Assembly: GCF_023055435.1 (NCBI RefSeq)
Contig: NW_025963857.1
Coordinates: 22,072,001 to 22,136,000, forward strand
Origin: Haliotis rufescens
Lineage: Eukaryota
Reading direction: 5' to 3'
DNA: 64,000 nt
A program made the translations under genes and the position numbers. Numbering within the stretch: the stretch's first letter is position 1; each line of letters starts with the position of its first letter. Of this stretch, positions 1 to 12,871 are shown piece by piece. The notes beneath the pieces were generated by a model that saw only the letters and a list, made by a program, of their open reading frames with translations, was not told where the DNA came from and searched no databases.

Positions 1-1461
1 ACCCAGACTCCCCACGTGGAGACAAGCATTGGTTGGTTGCCAGGCACCCATATTCTTACCTGGCTGAGTGAGTGAGTTAAAATTTAACGTCGCATCGACA
101 TTATTTCAGCAATATAGCAACGAGAACAAGTTGATATATATATACAAGTGAATACAAAGTTACATTTAAAATAAATTTGTCAAAACATATTTGGGCATAA
201 CAATTTTATTTACAACTGCTTATCACACGGGCTCCAGGCTACAAGTAAGCAAAGCTCGGCCACCTGGCTGGGGGTCATGGGACCTTACGGTGCCTCTGCA
301 TCCAGCACGATACCCAAGCAGGATTTACGTCATCACATTATCCACTGGTGGTTGTGCACAATACTAGCCAATATAAAAGAAATGTTTAGCACTGAGTTGG
401 CTTAAAACATTGGTTGGAGAATTACATGTCACACAGGTGGACAATCATTTTACGGTACTTTTAACCTCCTGGACAGAACCTTCAATAATGTCAGTAAAAG
501 CATCACGACTATGCTTGTCGTAAGAGGCGACTAACGGGATCGGGTGGTCAGGCTTGCTGACTTGGTTGATGCATGTCATCGTATCCCAATTGCGTAGATC
601 GATGCTCGTGATATTAATCACTGGATTGTCTAGACTTGGTCCAGACTTGATTACTTACAGACCGCCGTCATATAGCTGGAATATTGCTGAGTGCGGCGAC
701 AAACAAACAAACAAAACACCAAATTTAAAAACAAGCAATCAGTTATTCACATACATATTTAAAATGTATGATACAGACCAATTTCTTTTTCAAGTAGCTT
801 AAGATGAGATATGCCCGCTTACACGGGGTAAACATATATTTCAGATTAACTGTTTGATAATGTGAATCGATTGCAAAAACCATACAGTCAAGTAAAATAG
901 GCCCGACGGTGAACCTTTCATCACAAGGGATAGACTTTGGAGGTTCGTCGTCATCTGTCTTTAGCACATGTCCGTGGGTAAACCGACTGTCGCCAATATG
1001 AAATCGTCGTCGTCATGTTTTGACTGACAACCCAAGAAGGTATATGACGTATTGTTGGTTTTATTTCGTAAAGTTTATTGATTCCTACCTGGGTATCCCA
1101 CCTTTTTTGCATTAGATGCCGAGTATAACTCTTGATGGTTGGTTTGAAATCACTGTACGGGGGTGGAGATAATGGTTTGTTAAGAGCTGTTTTAGCGAAG
1201 CATCGGCTTTTAAGTTACCTATTATGCCTACATGCAAGCAACATAAGACGATGTCACATTGGCCAGTAGAAAGATCATTACGTAGCTCTAAAATGTCTAG
1301 GATTATAGGTAGATATGACGACACACTTTCAAGTGCCTGAAGGCAAGACAATGAATCTAAAAATATGATGAAGTTTTTACATTTTACATTTTATTGTTAA
1401 TAAAGGTCAAAGCTGTTAACATATAGCTTTGGCTTCAGCAGTAAAGTATGTACTATTATTG

Positions 1462-1774
1462 CAGGGTATGAAACTCCCAAAAATTTCAGCCAGACCACAG
1501 GACTGGCTAGCTGAAATACTTGCCAGCCCTGACCAAAACCTGCCTGCCCACTATAATCATATGTTTCTCAGGATAAGCTAACGGGGTTTCTTTTTGGTTA
1601 CATTTTATCATTCATCTTTACATGTGAATTAATGCTTATCATCGGGAAATATTTTGAATATTTTCACATATGAAATATAACCCGACCGTCGGGCAGGGGG
1701 ATTTGAAAATCTGGCAGCCCGAGTTGAAATCAACCCGTCTCGGACGGTCGGGCAGGCAGGTATTTCGAACACTG
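1462..1774. mobile_element. hAT-like MITE
   Basis: Imperfect TIRs CAGGGTATGAAA / TTTCGAACACTG, subterminal repeats, flanks attattg / gttattg. Confidence 0.55.
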
Positions 1775-2365
1775 GTTATTGCCACTATCCTTGGCCCCGT
1801 CTGTAACATGGATCTATGAGAATTATATTTTGTTCGTCTTTGGTTGTATTCTTGTTGATATACCAAAGGATTTGTTTCGAACCTTTTTTAGCTGGGGGAG
1901 AGTGAGGTCTACCAGGCTCGCTGACTTGGGTGATGCAGGTCATGGTATCAAAATTGCGTGTATCGATGCTCATGACTGGATTGTCTTGTCCAGACTCGAT
2001 TATTTACAGACCGCTGTCATGTAGATGGAATATTTCTGAGTGCGGCGTTAAACAACGAACAAACAAAAACAAACCATCTAAACATAAATCTGGATCCTTA
2101 TGTGGTTTGTATTTACGTCAAATGTGAATGCAGTTTTTTTGGAATTAGAAAATTTGAAGGCATTTTCATTTGACCATTTTTGAATTTTGTTAAGACGGAG
2201 GTGTATAGCTCTCTTTCGATTGTATATATATTCTTACCACAAGAAATGTTGAAATCGTCCACAAAAGTGACCCATCAACAGGTGTTCAAAACTTAAGTGA
2301 GACTGTCAATTTGTTTGCTAAATAGTGTGACAGACACGGTGCGGCCTTAAGGGGCGCCCTGGGGG

Positions 2366-3995
2366 AACCCGCACTTGAAATTGTCAGTTGTTTAAAAACT
2401 GAGATAATTATGAACAGGGGTAAACTGTCCCTTATTCCAAATTCATGCAAATCGTTTAAAATACCATGTTTCCACGTTGTATCATATACCTTCTATATCG
2501 GTCGAAAAGATCGATACAGTACAGTCAAGTCCCGTTAATCCGACATGATTATGTCGGATAAACGAAATTAAGTTGTATCAGCGTTCGTGATCGAAAATCG
2601 GATAACTTCACGATAGATAACGATACAAACACGTTGTAATAATATTAAAAAAATGAAATAGTATATTGTTATGTTACATTGTTTGCGGAATTAACGAGAC
2701 TTGACTGTATGTTTTGTTGTTGTGAAAATGGATTTTATAATAAATGTTTCTAAACGCTCCAAATGGTCAATGGTACTCCTGTTTTTTCGGCAACCACGTT
2801 GGATGTCACTCCGGGGGTTATTCCATGGTCTCCAAGTACAAGACTAATCGATTGCTGACCATGCGCGCCATAGTTTAACAAACACATCTAGTTAATGGTG
2901 TGGGAAAGTAATTGGATGGATCAGTATGATCCCGTCGTGGCTTTAGAATAAGAATAATAGCATTGTGCCAGGAAGAAGGGAAATTTCCGGTTCTCCATAT
3001 TTCATCAAATATATCGAGTTTCCAAACATGAATCGGGCAAGCGTTTCAGGAGCTGATAATGAATTGAATGTTGTCGGCTCCTGCTGCAGTGTCATGAGCT
3101 TGCCCAAGGACAGTATGTAATTCAAGTTAGGAGAAAATGTTTCATTATACTCCTCACCATTCTCAGAGTTAAAATTGACTTTTTTCTTTTCTTGTTGTTT
3201 TGTAACCCTCTGACATTGAGGGTTTGGATGATGATTGTTGGCAATTTCAGATTTAGAGGTTAATCGTGTATTACCATCTTTGAGATGGTGAACTCCAGAT
3301 ATTGATCCATTGCCCTTAATCGTTTGAATCGTGTTCCACACCTTGGACATGGGTGTGCGGGAATAGATTTTAGCTACATAGCTCACTAGGATTGATGTTT
3401 ATTTTGTTTAAAAGTACGTCTCGCTTTGGAGCTGGTGATTTTAACATTATTTAGGTTGTACACGGTAGGGTGTTGGCGGAAATATTTCTTGGCTTTCTTC
3501 CTATTTTTCTAGGTTGTCTACAATCATTATCAAACCATCGTTTATGTAAATGTGTGTTTGCAGAAATGCTTTCGTCTCCAATAGGATTTAACGGATCTGA
3601 AAATAGTTCAAGAGGGTCAGGAACATTCCTGTAAAGTCAAGTTTTGGTTTTTCTGTACGAAGTGTTTGGAATAAAGACGAATTGGTCTTGGTAAAGTTCC
3701 ACCTTGTTGAAGATGGTTCGTCAGCGGGATTGTTTGAAAATGACCACTTACACAAAGTTCATCATGGACCGACCATTCAAATTCGTTTGAAATATTTGAA
3801 TCCGAAAGTGAAAGATCAAGGACAGAGTGTGTGCCAGTGGCAGGATGCAGATAGGTGTTAGATCCATCATTGAAGATGCATAAGTCATTGTTTGAGATAA
3901 AATCTTCAAGGACTTTTCCCTTATTATTTGCATCAGTAATCTCCCATAGGGGATTATGACCGTTCATATCGTTCATGATTATGCAAGGAATCCAG
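2366..3995 (-). mobile_element. Decayed I/Nimb-type non-LTR retrotransposon ORF2 (APE endonuclease plus RT fragment)
   Basis: DMNGHNPLW...GKVLEDFISNNDLCIFNDGSNTYLHPATGTHSVLDLSL (APE domain); RT remnant VYDTTWKHGILNDLHEFGIR near 2430-2495; many stops and frameshifts. Confidence 0.88.
2522..2707. mobile_element. Tc1/pogo-type MITE inserted in the LINE
   Basis: TIRs CAGTCAAGTCCCGTTAATCCG / CGGAATTAACGAGACTTGACTG, flanked by TA on both sides. Confidence 0.85.
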
Positions 3996-4044
3996 AGCTA
4001 ATCCTACAAAGTCTGAAGATCTGATTGACGGAGAGTTGAGGAAG

Positions 4045-4275
4045 GTTTGTTGTTTGTTTGTTGTTTACTCAGCAATATGACGACGGTCTGTTTGTAATCG
4101 AGTCTTGACCAGACAATCCAGTGACTGACATCGTCCACATCGATCCACGCTATTGGGATACGATGACATGCATCAATCAAGTCAGCGAGCCTGACCACCC
4201 GATCCCGTTAGTCTCCTCTTAGGACAAGCATAGTCACTTTTTATGGCAGGCATGGGTTGACGAAGACCTATTCTA
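4045..4275 (-). mobile_element. Family-A short retroelement
   Basis: Reverse complement of the 20342 element. Confidence 0.88.
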
Positions 4276-4931
4276 CCCCGGATTTTCACGGGTCTTCTTT
4301 CAAATGAGGAGCCGAGCAATTTAATATTTGACACATCCACCACGTCCAGTATATCCAACGAACAAGTCATTTTGTTGTAACACATGGGCCCCGTTCAACA
4401 CATCGATCGTAGCGCTACGACTGCCGTAAGTCCATGTTAAAGTGTGGGAGCAACGATCGCTTTATGACAAAAGTCCCTGAGCAGATACGTGTATAATTTC
4501 TTTCCAGTTTTGTTCTGGAAAAAAGTATAATCACTATCTTTTCTTAAAAAAAAAAAAGGCCCCATCAAAAATATTAAAATATCACAATCCCTCACAAACT
4601 GGTGTGTGTTTATACAAGTTCCAAGTGTGGTATGCATGGGTTAAAGGCATGGTACATTGTACATCTGACTATACTTCAGATCATGGATATACCTGAAGCT
4701 GATGTTAAACGTCTTGGCCAAATTCCCTTGTTTTGATTTTGCCAAACTTTGAGTGTTAAATGTTGTGTGTGTAGAGGATTGACGTTTACATACATTTTAT
4801 TACCGTTTTGTGGGACCATCATTTCCATAATATTAAATAAAATAATTCTACCATTGATACGTATATCATATCTTTTACTGCCACAAACAACGTAGAATAT
4901 CAGTCAGCATTGGAAGCTTTACACATAGGAA

Positions 4932-5207
4932 AGGTGAAATGGGGTTTAACGTCGCGTCCAAGATTATTGCACTTATTTAGCGACGTGCATGTACGTGTGT
5001 GTGTATGTGTGGCTGCCTGTACTTGTCCGGACTGATGCCGATTTATAGTGCTAGCTCACTGAGATACCATGCCACAGTTTAACATGAATACCCCATTCAG
5101 ACTCCGAGCCAACCAGTCCTTGTTTTAGCCCCTCAATGCCGAGCGCCAGACAGGGTAACAACAAGTACCATCTTTTTAAAGTCTTTTGGTATGACGCGTC
5201 CGGGGGT
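4932..5207 (-). mobile_element. Family-C SINE, 5'-truncated
   Basis: Homologous to 29793-30110. Confidence 0.8.
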
Positions 5208-8142
5208 CGCTTTACAAACAGCTTTATGTTACATGTTCAAAATCTGAAAGTTCCTCTATGGTTTAACAACCACTAAAGATCCTTTGTGGAGGTACGATGT
5301 GCCTCTGTAATAGATGGAGCCACCCTTTGTCAATAAAAGATGCGCCAAACGCAAATGGTGCGTTTCAAGTGACGGATGTAGCTGGCGTGAGTGTGGCTGA
5401 AGAAGTAGGTCTGTCTGTAGAGGAAGGCGATATGTCTTCGATCTGTAATGCTTACGAATATGGTGAACGAACTTCTCACTGACCTGAAGTAGACGAAGTC
5501 GTTTGGTGTCTGAGATCTTTGAAACGCCCGATGACTTGTCGGAGGGTACGTGTAAGTGCGCAGTCCTTCAGAGATGGATAGCGCATCGTGATCCCACACC
5601 AGTGGGTCCGGCATGGGGGAGATGGACCTCGGTAGTGGAGAGTTGTATATTGTTACAAATAGATCGACTTATGACTTCCAGTAGACTAACATTTAGTCTC
5701 TGAAATCTTATATTACACAATATCCTTCTTGACTCTAAAAATAAAATAAAAATCCCTATGCCGATTTGTTGAATAGAGCGAGCTTGAGCTTGATTTTGTA
5801 TGCGTTTCTAGATTTTTATTTTTTCATAAAATAAATATATTCCACGGTCATGGTGCAGGACTAGGCTTCCAGTAGAGCTGATATGTCCATCGAGAGATGT
5901 CCAGATGGACCTGGCACTACGTCGGAGATGGCTGTTCCGGTCGGGTCGTTGATGCTTGTCGAACATTGAAAGGTCTCTTGCTCCTAACGATCGTTGTGCT
6001 TCTCTACGTCCCCGGGACTCACAAACCGATACTCAGATCGATCCTATGTCGAACGATTGGCCGATGATTGGTTCGTCAAACCTCTAAGTAGATCTTGCAA
6101 AATGCCATCTTGATATGAAGCCATTCAAGGAAGTAGATACCATCTCCACAGAGTCGACTCCAAATCTAGATCACTGATGAGTGAGTGAGTGAGTTAATAC
6201 TTTACGTCACATCGGCAATATTTCAGCCATATAGTGACAGATCACTGATGAGGTTTGGTTTAGGTCTGTCAAGAACGAGTCCAAACATTCTTCCAAGAAG
6301 AGTGATGGACCGGACCGTTGAAGCTATCTTCGCAGCCCCTTTCAACGAACCCAATCGGCAGCTTTTAACGTTGTTCTTTTCGCTTTCTTGGCAGCAGAAG
6401 GCCCATGTTCCTCAGCCTAAGTTAATGTGTATTGTTCATATAAAGTTATTTAATGGTCAAAAGATGTGTAAGTACCATCCATTATGTAGTTGCTATAACA
6501 TATCACCTTTGTGAAAAACATAGAAAATGGAAACGTCAAAACTTTTCAAAACACACTTTTCCGCTAACGTAGTCGTGCTCAACAAAGCTCAGACTCGACT
6601 CTGATTTTTCTAGCGATTTACAATAACTTCCTTTATGTTGCAGATTTGTGTCGTGTGATTTCTTATTAAAGTCGTGTGAACGTTGCATCAATAGCAACCC
6701 ATGCTTGCCGAAAAAGGCGACTAACCGGATCAATACTAAATTGCTCGGCTCCTCATTTCAAAGAAGACCCGTGACGATCCGGGGTACAATAGGTCTTCAG
6801 CAACCCATGCTTGCCGTAAAAGGCGACTATGCTTGTCGTAAGAGGTGACTAGCCTGATCAATATTAAATTGCTCGGCTCCTCATTTCAAAGAAGACCCAA
6901 ATCCGTGAAGATCCGGGGTAGAATAGGTCTTCGTCAACCCATGCCTGCCATAAAAAGTGACTATGCTTGTCCTAAGAGGAGACAGGTCACCGTATCGCAA
7001 TTGCGTAGATCGATGCTCATGATGTCAAACACTGGATCATCTGGTCCAGGATCGATTAATGACAGACCGCCATCATATAGCAGGAATATTGGCGTGAAAC
7101 AAACATACATACAGGTATGGTCATAGATAATGGAATGATTAGCCAAGAAGAATGTTGGCCCGTTTTGGCTTCTTGGAAGTCCCAATGTTACCTTTGATGT
7201 CCATCCACCTGCTTCCTGGGTGTTTCGGATTCGAGACAGGAACGTTTCTCATCTCCATCACATAACTGCTCACAAGTACCTCATGCTAGCCACTAAAACT
7301 AGTGATTGGTGGTCACAATGACTGTAGGTTTTACAGAGTACTTGAATCATTGGGGAAGGTGAAATCTGAATTGTTTGTTTTATTCTAATCAGCAGTTCGG
7401 GTAAAGCATATTTGCAGTGACATATTCAGAGCAATGATACATACTATACAGATATGACACACAGCCAATGAAGTCAGCGAGCTGGACAACTCGATCGATT
7501 TCAGTCTGTGCTTCTGAAAAGCATGAGGTTCTGAGCCTTTTCCAACCTGGAATCCCCCTAGTCATAATCTCTTTGAATGTACCCAATTGCCTCTAGGATT
7601 TTTCCACTACACCCTCTGTAATTTTCTGCTATGATAGGCCTTATTAATTTTTCAAAATGAAACCCAAACCACTTTGCAGCACATCACATTCACTTCCTTG
7701 CTTCAGTCATTTCCCAACTATGTTACAGTTAGCAACTGCAGCGTGTTAATTCATCTAATATCACTGCCTAGCAAAGAAAATCTGTGATAACTGAAAATTG
7801 CACATGGATGATTATCCACAGATGTCGATTTGCTCTTCGAGCATCCATTATCTGAACAACAATAATGAGTGAGTATGGTTTTACGCCGCTTTTAGCAATA
7901 TTCCAGCAATATCACGGCGGGGGACACCAGAAATGGGCTTTGAACAACAATAACAAGGGCAAGTTTTCCTCTCCAGTCAGCAGTATTCCAGCTACATCAG
8001 GAAAGTGTGGACCAGGCAAATCTGAGGGCAACAGTTCAACATGTTGAGCAAGATGAGCCACCAATCATTAGTCTTCTCTTAAAACAAGCATGGGGCACTG
8101 GGGTACCATTTAAGTCCAAAATGCCCATTTGATCTAATGATG

Positions 8143-8485
8143 TGAGATGAAATGGGATTTAATGTTGCGTCCAAGATTATTGCACATATATAGTGACTTG
8201 TGTGCGAGTGTGTGCATTTATCTGTGTCTGTTTGCTTGTGTCTACTCTGGACTGATGCCGATTAAGCGTGCTAGCTCATTGAGATACCCTGCCACAGTTT
8301 AACATGAATACCCTACTCAGACACAGTATACTGACCAGTCCTTGTTTTAGCCCCTTAATGCCCAGCGCCAGACAGGGTAACAGCAAGTACCATCTTATAA
8401 CATCTTTTAGTATAAAAAAAAAAGGGATCGAACCCTGGACCTTCTGCTCTCCAGGCGCACACTCTACCACCAGACAACAGAGGTG
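8143..8485 (-). mobile_element. Family-C tRNA-SINE just downstream of RPL13
   Basis: Homologous to 29793-30110. Confidence 0.8.
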
Positions 8486-8559
8486 GTCTAGGGACCCAAT
8501 GACATAAACACAAATCTTTTTCCTTTTTTTTTAATGTCCACAGCTTTTTACAGTTTGCT

Positions 8560-8763
8560 TTACTTTTCCTTCTCAGCAGCCTCCCTCTTCTTCTTTTCAC
8601 GCTTCCCGAACAGCCTGGCGTTGACGCGAGCACTACGCAGAGCGGCGAAGGGACTGAATCTCTTCTCTCTCTTGCTGATCTTGCGAGCCTTCTCACTTCT
8701 GTGCACCTGTCTGATGGGCATGATGTCTCCCTTGAGTTGGGTGGCTGTCTTGATCTGTTCAGC
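8560..8763 (-). CDS. RPL13: RPL13 last exon
   Basis: gtgttaaag|GCTGAA; AEQIK...AAEKEK then TAA; ATTAAA about 25 nt downstream. Confidence 0.94.
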   Translation of the reverse strand, partial: AEQIKTATQLKGDIMPIRQVHRSEKARKISKREKRFSPFAALRSARVNARLFGKREKKKREAAEKEK

Positions 8764-11700
8764 CTTTAACACAAACATCAACTCATTCACAAACAAGAAC
8801 TCAACAAGAACTACCTAGAATCTGGTACATACATTTTTTTATAGCTACTCGATAAATCGCAAATAACAATAAAGAACGATAATTGTTTTGAGTATGTTTG
8901 AGAATTAAACTTAATACTCATTTTTCATTATTTTGAAGTTTATGAGTATATTCAGGATATGCAAAACTTAACACCCCATTCATAAAATAGACTGTACATA
9001 ACGATGACATCTTGTGTAAGAAATAAAAGACTTTAATTGTCTAACGTTCAATGAAACACTGCAGGGAGAATAAACCACTCAGGTGATAAATAGTTCACTT
9101 GCAGAAGTGATGAAAGAATCGAATAAAGTCACTGAATATAAATAGCTCATTGGCATCCTTAGCCTTGGCATAATCTGATAGAAAATACAAACAAATATTG
9201 TTTGAAGAACAGGATATCTAGTACTGCTGAAATGCCAATTCAACCAAATAATATGGTTGATGGTTGTTATATTCTTGTTTAATATATTAGTGTTCATATC
9301 AGTCGATGAACGTCTCGTCCATAATATTACTTACAGGCCGCAGTCAATGCCAGTTATATAATAGCTGGAATATTACTTTGTGCGAAATTGTACGAAAAAA
9401 AATATTTAAAAAATCCAAACTATTTCCAGACTGACCGTTGCATCTCCCTTCTTGGGTTTGCTTTCCTTGCGTGGGAAGAGGATAAGTTTGGAGTTGTACT
9501 CCTTCAGACGCTGCACATTCTGCTGCAGAGATTCCACCGTCTTGTTGCGACGACGGAAGTCAACTGAAATACCAATGGATCTGGCTTGCCTCTTGTTGAT
9601 ACCGGCTTGCTGTAAATAAGAGTCAAAAACTATTACACAAAACAAAAGCCAAAATTACATGATTACTGGCAAAATTTACATTATGGTCTACATAACTAAG
9701 ATTATTCTTGGGAAGAGAGCAAGTTTATTATGTTTCTGCACCACTAGGAGAGGTGATATGGGGTTTAACATCGTGGTTAGGATAATTGCACTAATATAGC
9801 AATGTGTATGTGTGTACGTGTGGCTGCTTGTACTAGTCCGGACAAATGCTGATTTCATAACTTGCTAACCCACTCAGATACCATGCAAATGTTTAACATC
9901 AATACCCCAACCAGATAGTTTTCTGACTCCAAGCCAAACAGTTCTATGACAGATGGCTTATGCACCACAGATAAGAGCACATGCAAGTATCGTGACCGTG
10001 AGTAAGGTATCGTGATATGTATCGGATCACACAGTTGGTGTATCGTCCCAGCCCCAGTGAAGAGTAAATCTAGTGTTTGTTTGTTGTTTAACGCCGCACT
10101 CAGCAATATTCCAGCAATATGACGGCCGTTGGTAAATTATCGAGGCTGGACCAGACAATCCAGTGATTGATATCATGACCATCGATCCACACAATTGGGA
10201 TCGATGACATGCTTCAACCAAGTCAGCGGCCCTGACCACCCAATCCTGTTAGTCGCCTCTTGCAACAAGCATAGTCGCATTTTACAGCAAGCATGGGATG
10301 CTGAAGACCTATTCTACCCTGGATCTTCACGGGTCTCTAGATCTGGTGAATCTGGTTTTACACTACTTGTACTGTTGTAGCACTGTCACCATGGTCACAG
10401 CAGGGCCAACCATGGGGTATTGAGCACCTGAATTGTTGAACTTGAACTTGCAAAATACATGTATCAAAAGGCTTGCACAACTTTTTTTCTACATCTACAA
10501 CATAATGTGTTTTGTTGTCTAATGCCAAACACAAAGGTGTAATAGTATTAGCATGAAAACTAACTGCAGCCAGTGGATACTTGATGTAAAGCTCACTCTC
10601 AAACAGGGAAAGAAACACCTTAAGACATGCTGACACACTGAAAACACTAGACAAAACTTTTGAAAAGTTAACTGGAAGCCTGATGATCAAATAAACAATG
10701 TTTTATAAGATTTATATGGATCAATCTTGTATATGTAGGATATGGTTGCCCAGAGTGTCAAAGACTATTTTGACAACTAGCCCGAACTTGGATATTAGCA
10801 TCATTTTCAGTAGTGTTATTATGTGGACTAGTATTAGCTGAGTTTACTAGAATGAACAGAATTTTACAAGACTCAGTGGCTAAAGTGGTTTGTTTGTCAC
10901 ATGCCATAGACAGCACTATTCCAGCTATACTAGTCATATAATCTGACTATGTCATCGTGTGCTCCACATTATCATGGTATAAGAAAATCTTGCAATCCAC
11001 ACCCTCAGTCGACTGTTGACTTATGCAAATCCAAGCACAATATTTCTTCAATTGATCACATACAGGACTCATTGCGGTATATCACAGCTACTCAGAGGTT
11101 AACACATCAACCTTTTAAAAATAGTTTATGGAATGTTTTTGAATGGAATTACCCCTACCTCCATTCAAAATTGGTTAGAAAAGAACCAATTTGTTTGGAC
11201 AATGTCCCTTGACCCAAACTCGGTCCGAATATTCTGCGATAATATACAGTTGCCCGCCCTTGAGTCGCTCATGGCAGATACTTTGTTTACCAATATCACT
11301 AAAGAAAATCAACATCAACCAATCCAAATTGATGGTCATAACGGTTGAAGAAATAAAAGAAACATTTTGCGTATGACATATTAATAGGTTTGTGAGCGTG
11401 TGCCATTACAATCTATCATAAATTAACTACTGCGATAATATAGCATACCATGCTACAACAGAGCCTGAGAGGCCTGCTTATAATCGAGTCTGGATAAAGC
11501 AGACCAGTGCCTGATACTGTGGGCAATGACCTGTGATGTCAGTGTACAATATATCAACCAAGTCAGAGTCTGACCAACTGATCTATTTGGTTGCCTCTTA
11601 TGTTCGGCAGAGGTTGCTGCCAAATTGCCAGTGACCAATTCTAAGGGGGAATCACATAAGGGGCCTACAATATGAAAACAACAGGTTACCTTCAGTTCTT

Positions 11701-11935
11701 CAAGAGTAAATCCACGACCAGCCCTGATTTTAGTGTTGTATTTGAAGGTTTGGCATCGTGCAATTGGGCGCAGATAACCTTTGACAGGGCGAGGGGCAAT
11801 GGCACGAGCTTTCTGCACACGTGTATCTTGTCTCCTCTGTTTTCTCATTGGCTGGTTGAACCATGTCCTAACACGGCGCTGCCAGTCCTTGTGGAAGTGC
11901 CCATTGGGCACCATGTTGTTCCCTTTTGGAGCCAT
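8560..11935 (-). CDS. RPL13: 60S ribosomal protein L13 (eL13); coding exons 11935-11690, 9609-9436, 8763-8560; 207 aa
   Basis: Spliced translation [29 protein letters not shown]...[10 protein letters not shown]|[23 protein letters not shown]...KKGDAT|[12 protein letters not shown]...[19 protein letters not shown] has the hallmark eL13 motifs. Both introns are phase 0 GT-AG; the last acceptor is AAG. Confidence 0.97.
9436..9609 (-). CDS. RPL13: RPL13 exon 3
   Basis: ttatttacag|CAAGCC ... ACG|gtcagt; QAGINKR...KKGDAT, 58 codons. Confidence 0.95.
10075..10335 (-). mobile_element. Family-A short retroelement in RPL13 intron 2
   Basis: Full-length reverse-complement copy. Confidence 0.88.
11690..11935 (-). 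CDS. RPL13: RPL13 first coding exon (exon 2)
   Basis: Acceptor tctttcacag at 11941, ATG at 11935, donor AAG|gtaacc; 82 codons. Confidence 0.96.
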
Positions 11936-12445
11936 GATTGCTGTGAAAGAAAATGATTTCATTTGTCATTTACTTCCAAACCTTTCATTTTTGGGATAGA
12001 TCTTGATTACTCATTGCTAATATGTTACAAATCACTTATTGTCAGATTGGCAACTGATACAGGGTTAGAAATGGCAACTTGTCCATTTGTCCGAGACTAG
12101 TGAAAATATAACAGATTAGTTTTCAACAAAAATCTAGTTTTTTTACATTAACCACTAGTTGGAAACCAGCTTTGGACTAGTTGGATATGACAAATGGTCT
12201 CAAGACCTGTGATACGGGATGTGCAATGTGAATATCATACTACTTTTCATATAGATATGGACTCAAACACTTCCTTTTCATGTATTACTTACACCAAACT
12301 GAAACATTCTGATAATAATTTTAATAGATGTGTTGTCCATTGTTCAGCACATACATCCTATCATTTACTGGTATTCAGAAGTTCTGACAAACATTGTTCA
12401 TCCTTTGCAAAGTTTGCACCTGCCAGTGCAATAATCCTATGTGCT

Positions 12446-12871
12446 CAGAGCTCCAGATAAGCTGCGTATCTGCGTGAAATACGCATCAGAAAGGCAGAAA
12501 TATGCAGTAAAATAAAATCCAAGCGCACGCAACGAACATTACAGATACGCTACAAAAATAAAACTTGTGCGTATCATCAAAATATTGTGAAGTAACCCTG
12601 CGTATTCGATTAGCAAATCAGCAACTTATTTTGAAATTTCTTGGGGAAGTATCGTGGTATTTTTGAGTCCTATAAAGCTCTAGAACCCACACGGCACCAG
12701 TTTGCAGGAACTAGATGAATAGTGTTTTAAAATATTTAACTTAAATACCCACATGTGTAAAAACTAGTGGGTAACAGAAATTTGAATACCCAGATAGAAT
12801 TACTGATACCCAATGATTTTAAAAAGCATGGGTAAAGTACCCACAATACCAAAAGCTTATCTGGAGATCTG
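12446..12871 (+). mobile_element. hAT-like MITE (TIR CAGAGCTCCAGATAAGCT), copy 1, in RPL13 intron 1
   Basis: 18-bp TIRs; gtgct duplicated on the flanks; reverse-complement homologue at 26572-27078. Confidence 0.85.

Noticed and set aside
554-802. Many recurring short ORFs such as LTWLMHVIVSQLR, and HTHT/CVCV ORFs at 51858-52183
   Set aside because: These are translations of SINE copies and microsatellites.
743-1351. Minus-strand ORFs and exon-like splice signals (1337-1089)
   Set aside because: All frames of the putative exon contain stops and there is no recognisable protein motif.
5290-6400. GC-richer, coding-like segment
   Set aside because: I could not match any domain with confidence; probably a decayed mobile element.
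9107-9178. C/D-box-like GTGATGA...CTGA...CTGA in RPL13 intron 3
   Set aside because: It is on the strand antisense to RPL13, has no terminal stem, and I found no convincing rRNA guide.
10503-10650. Two hairpins ending in ACA plus 3 nt on the RPL13 sense strand
   Set aside because: There is no ANANNA H box in the hinge; too weak to call without a covariance search.
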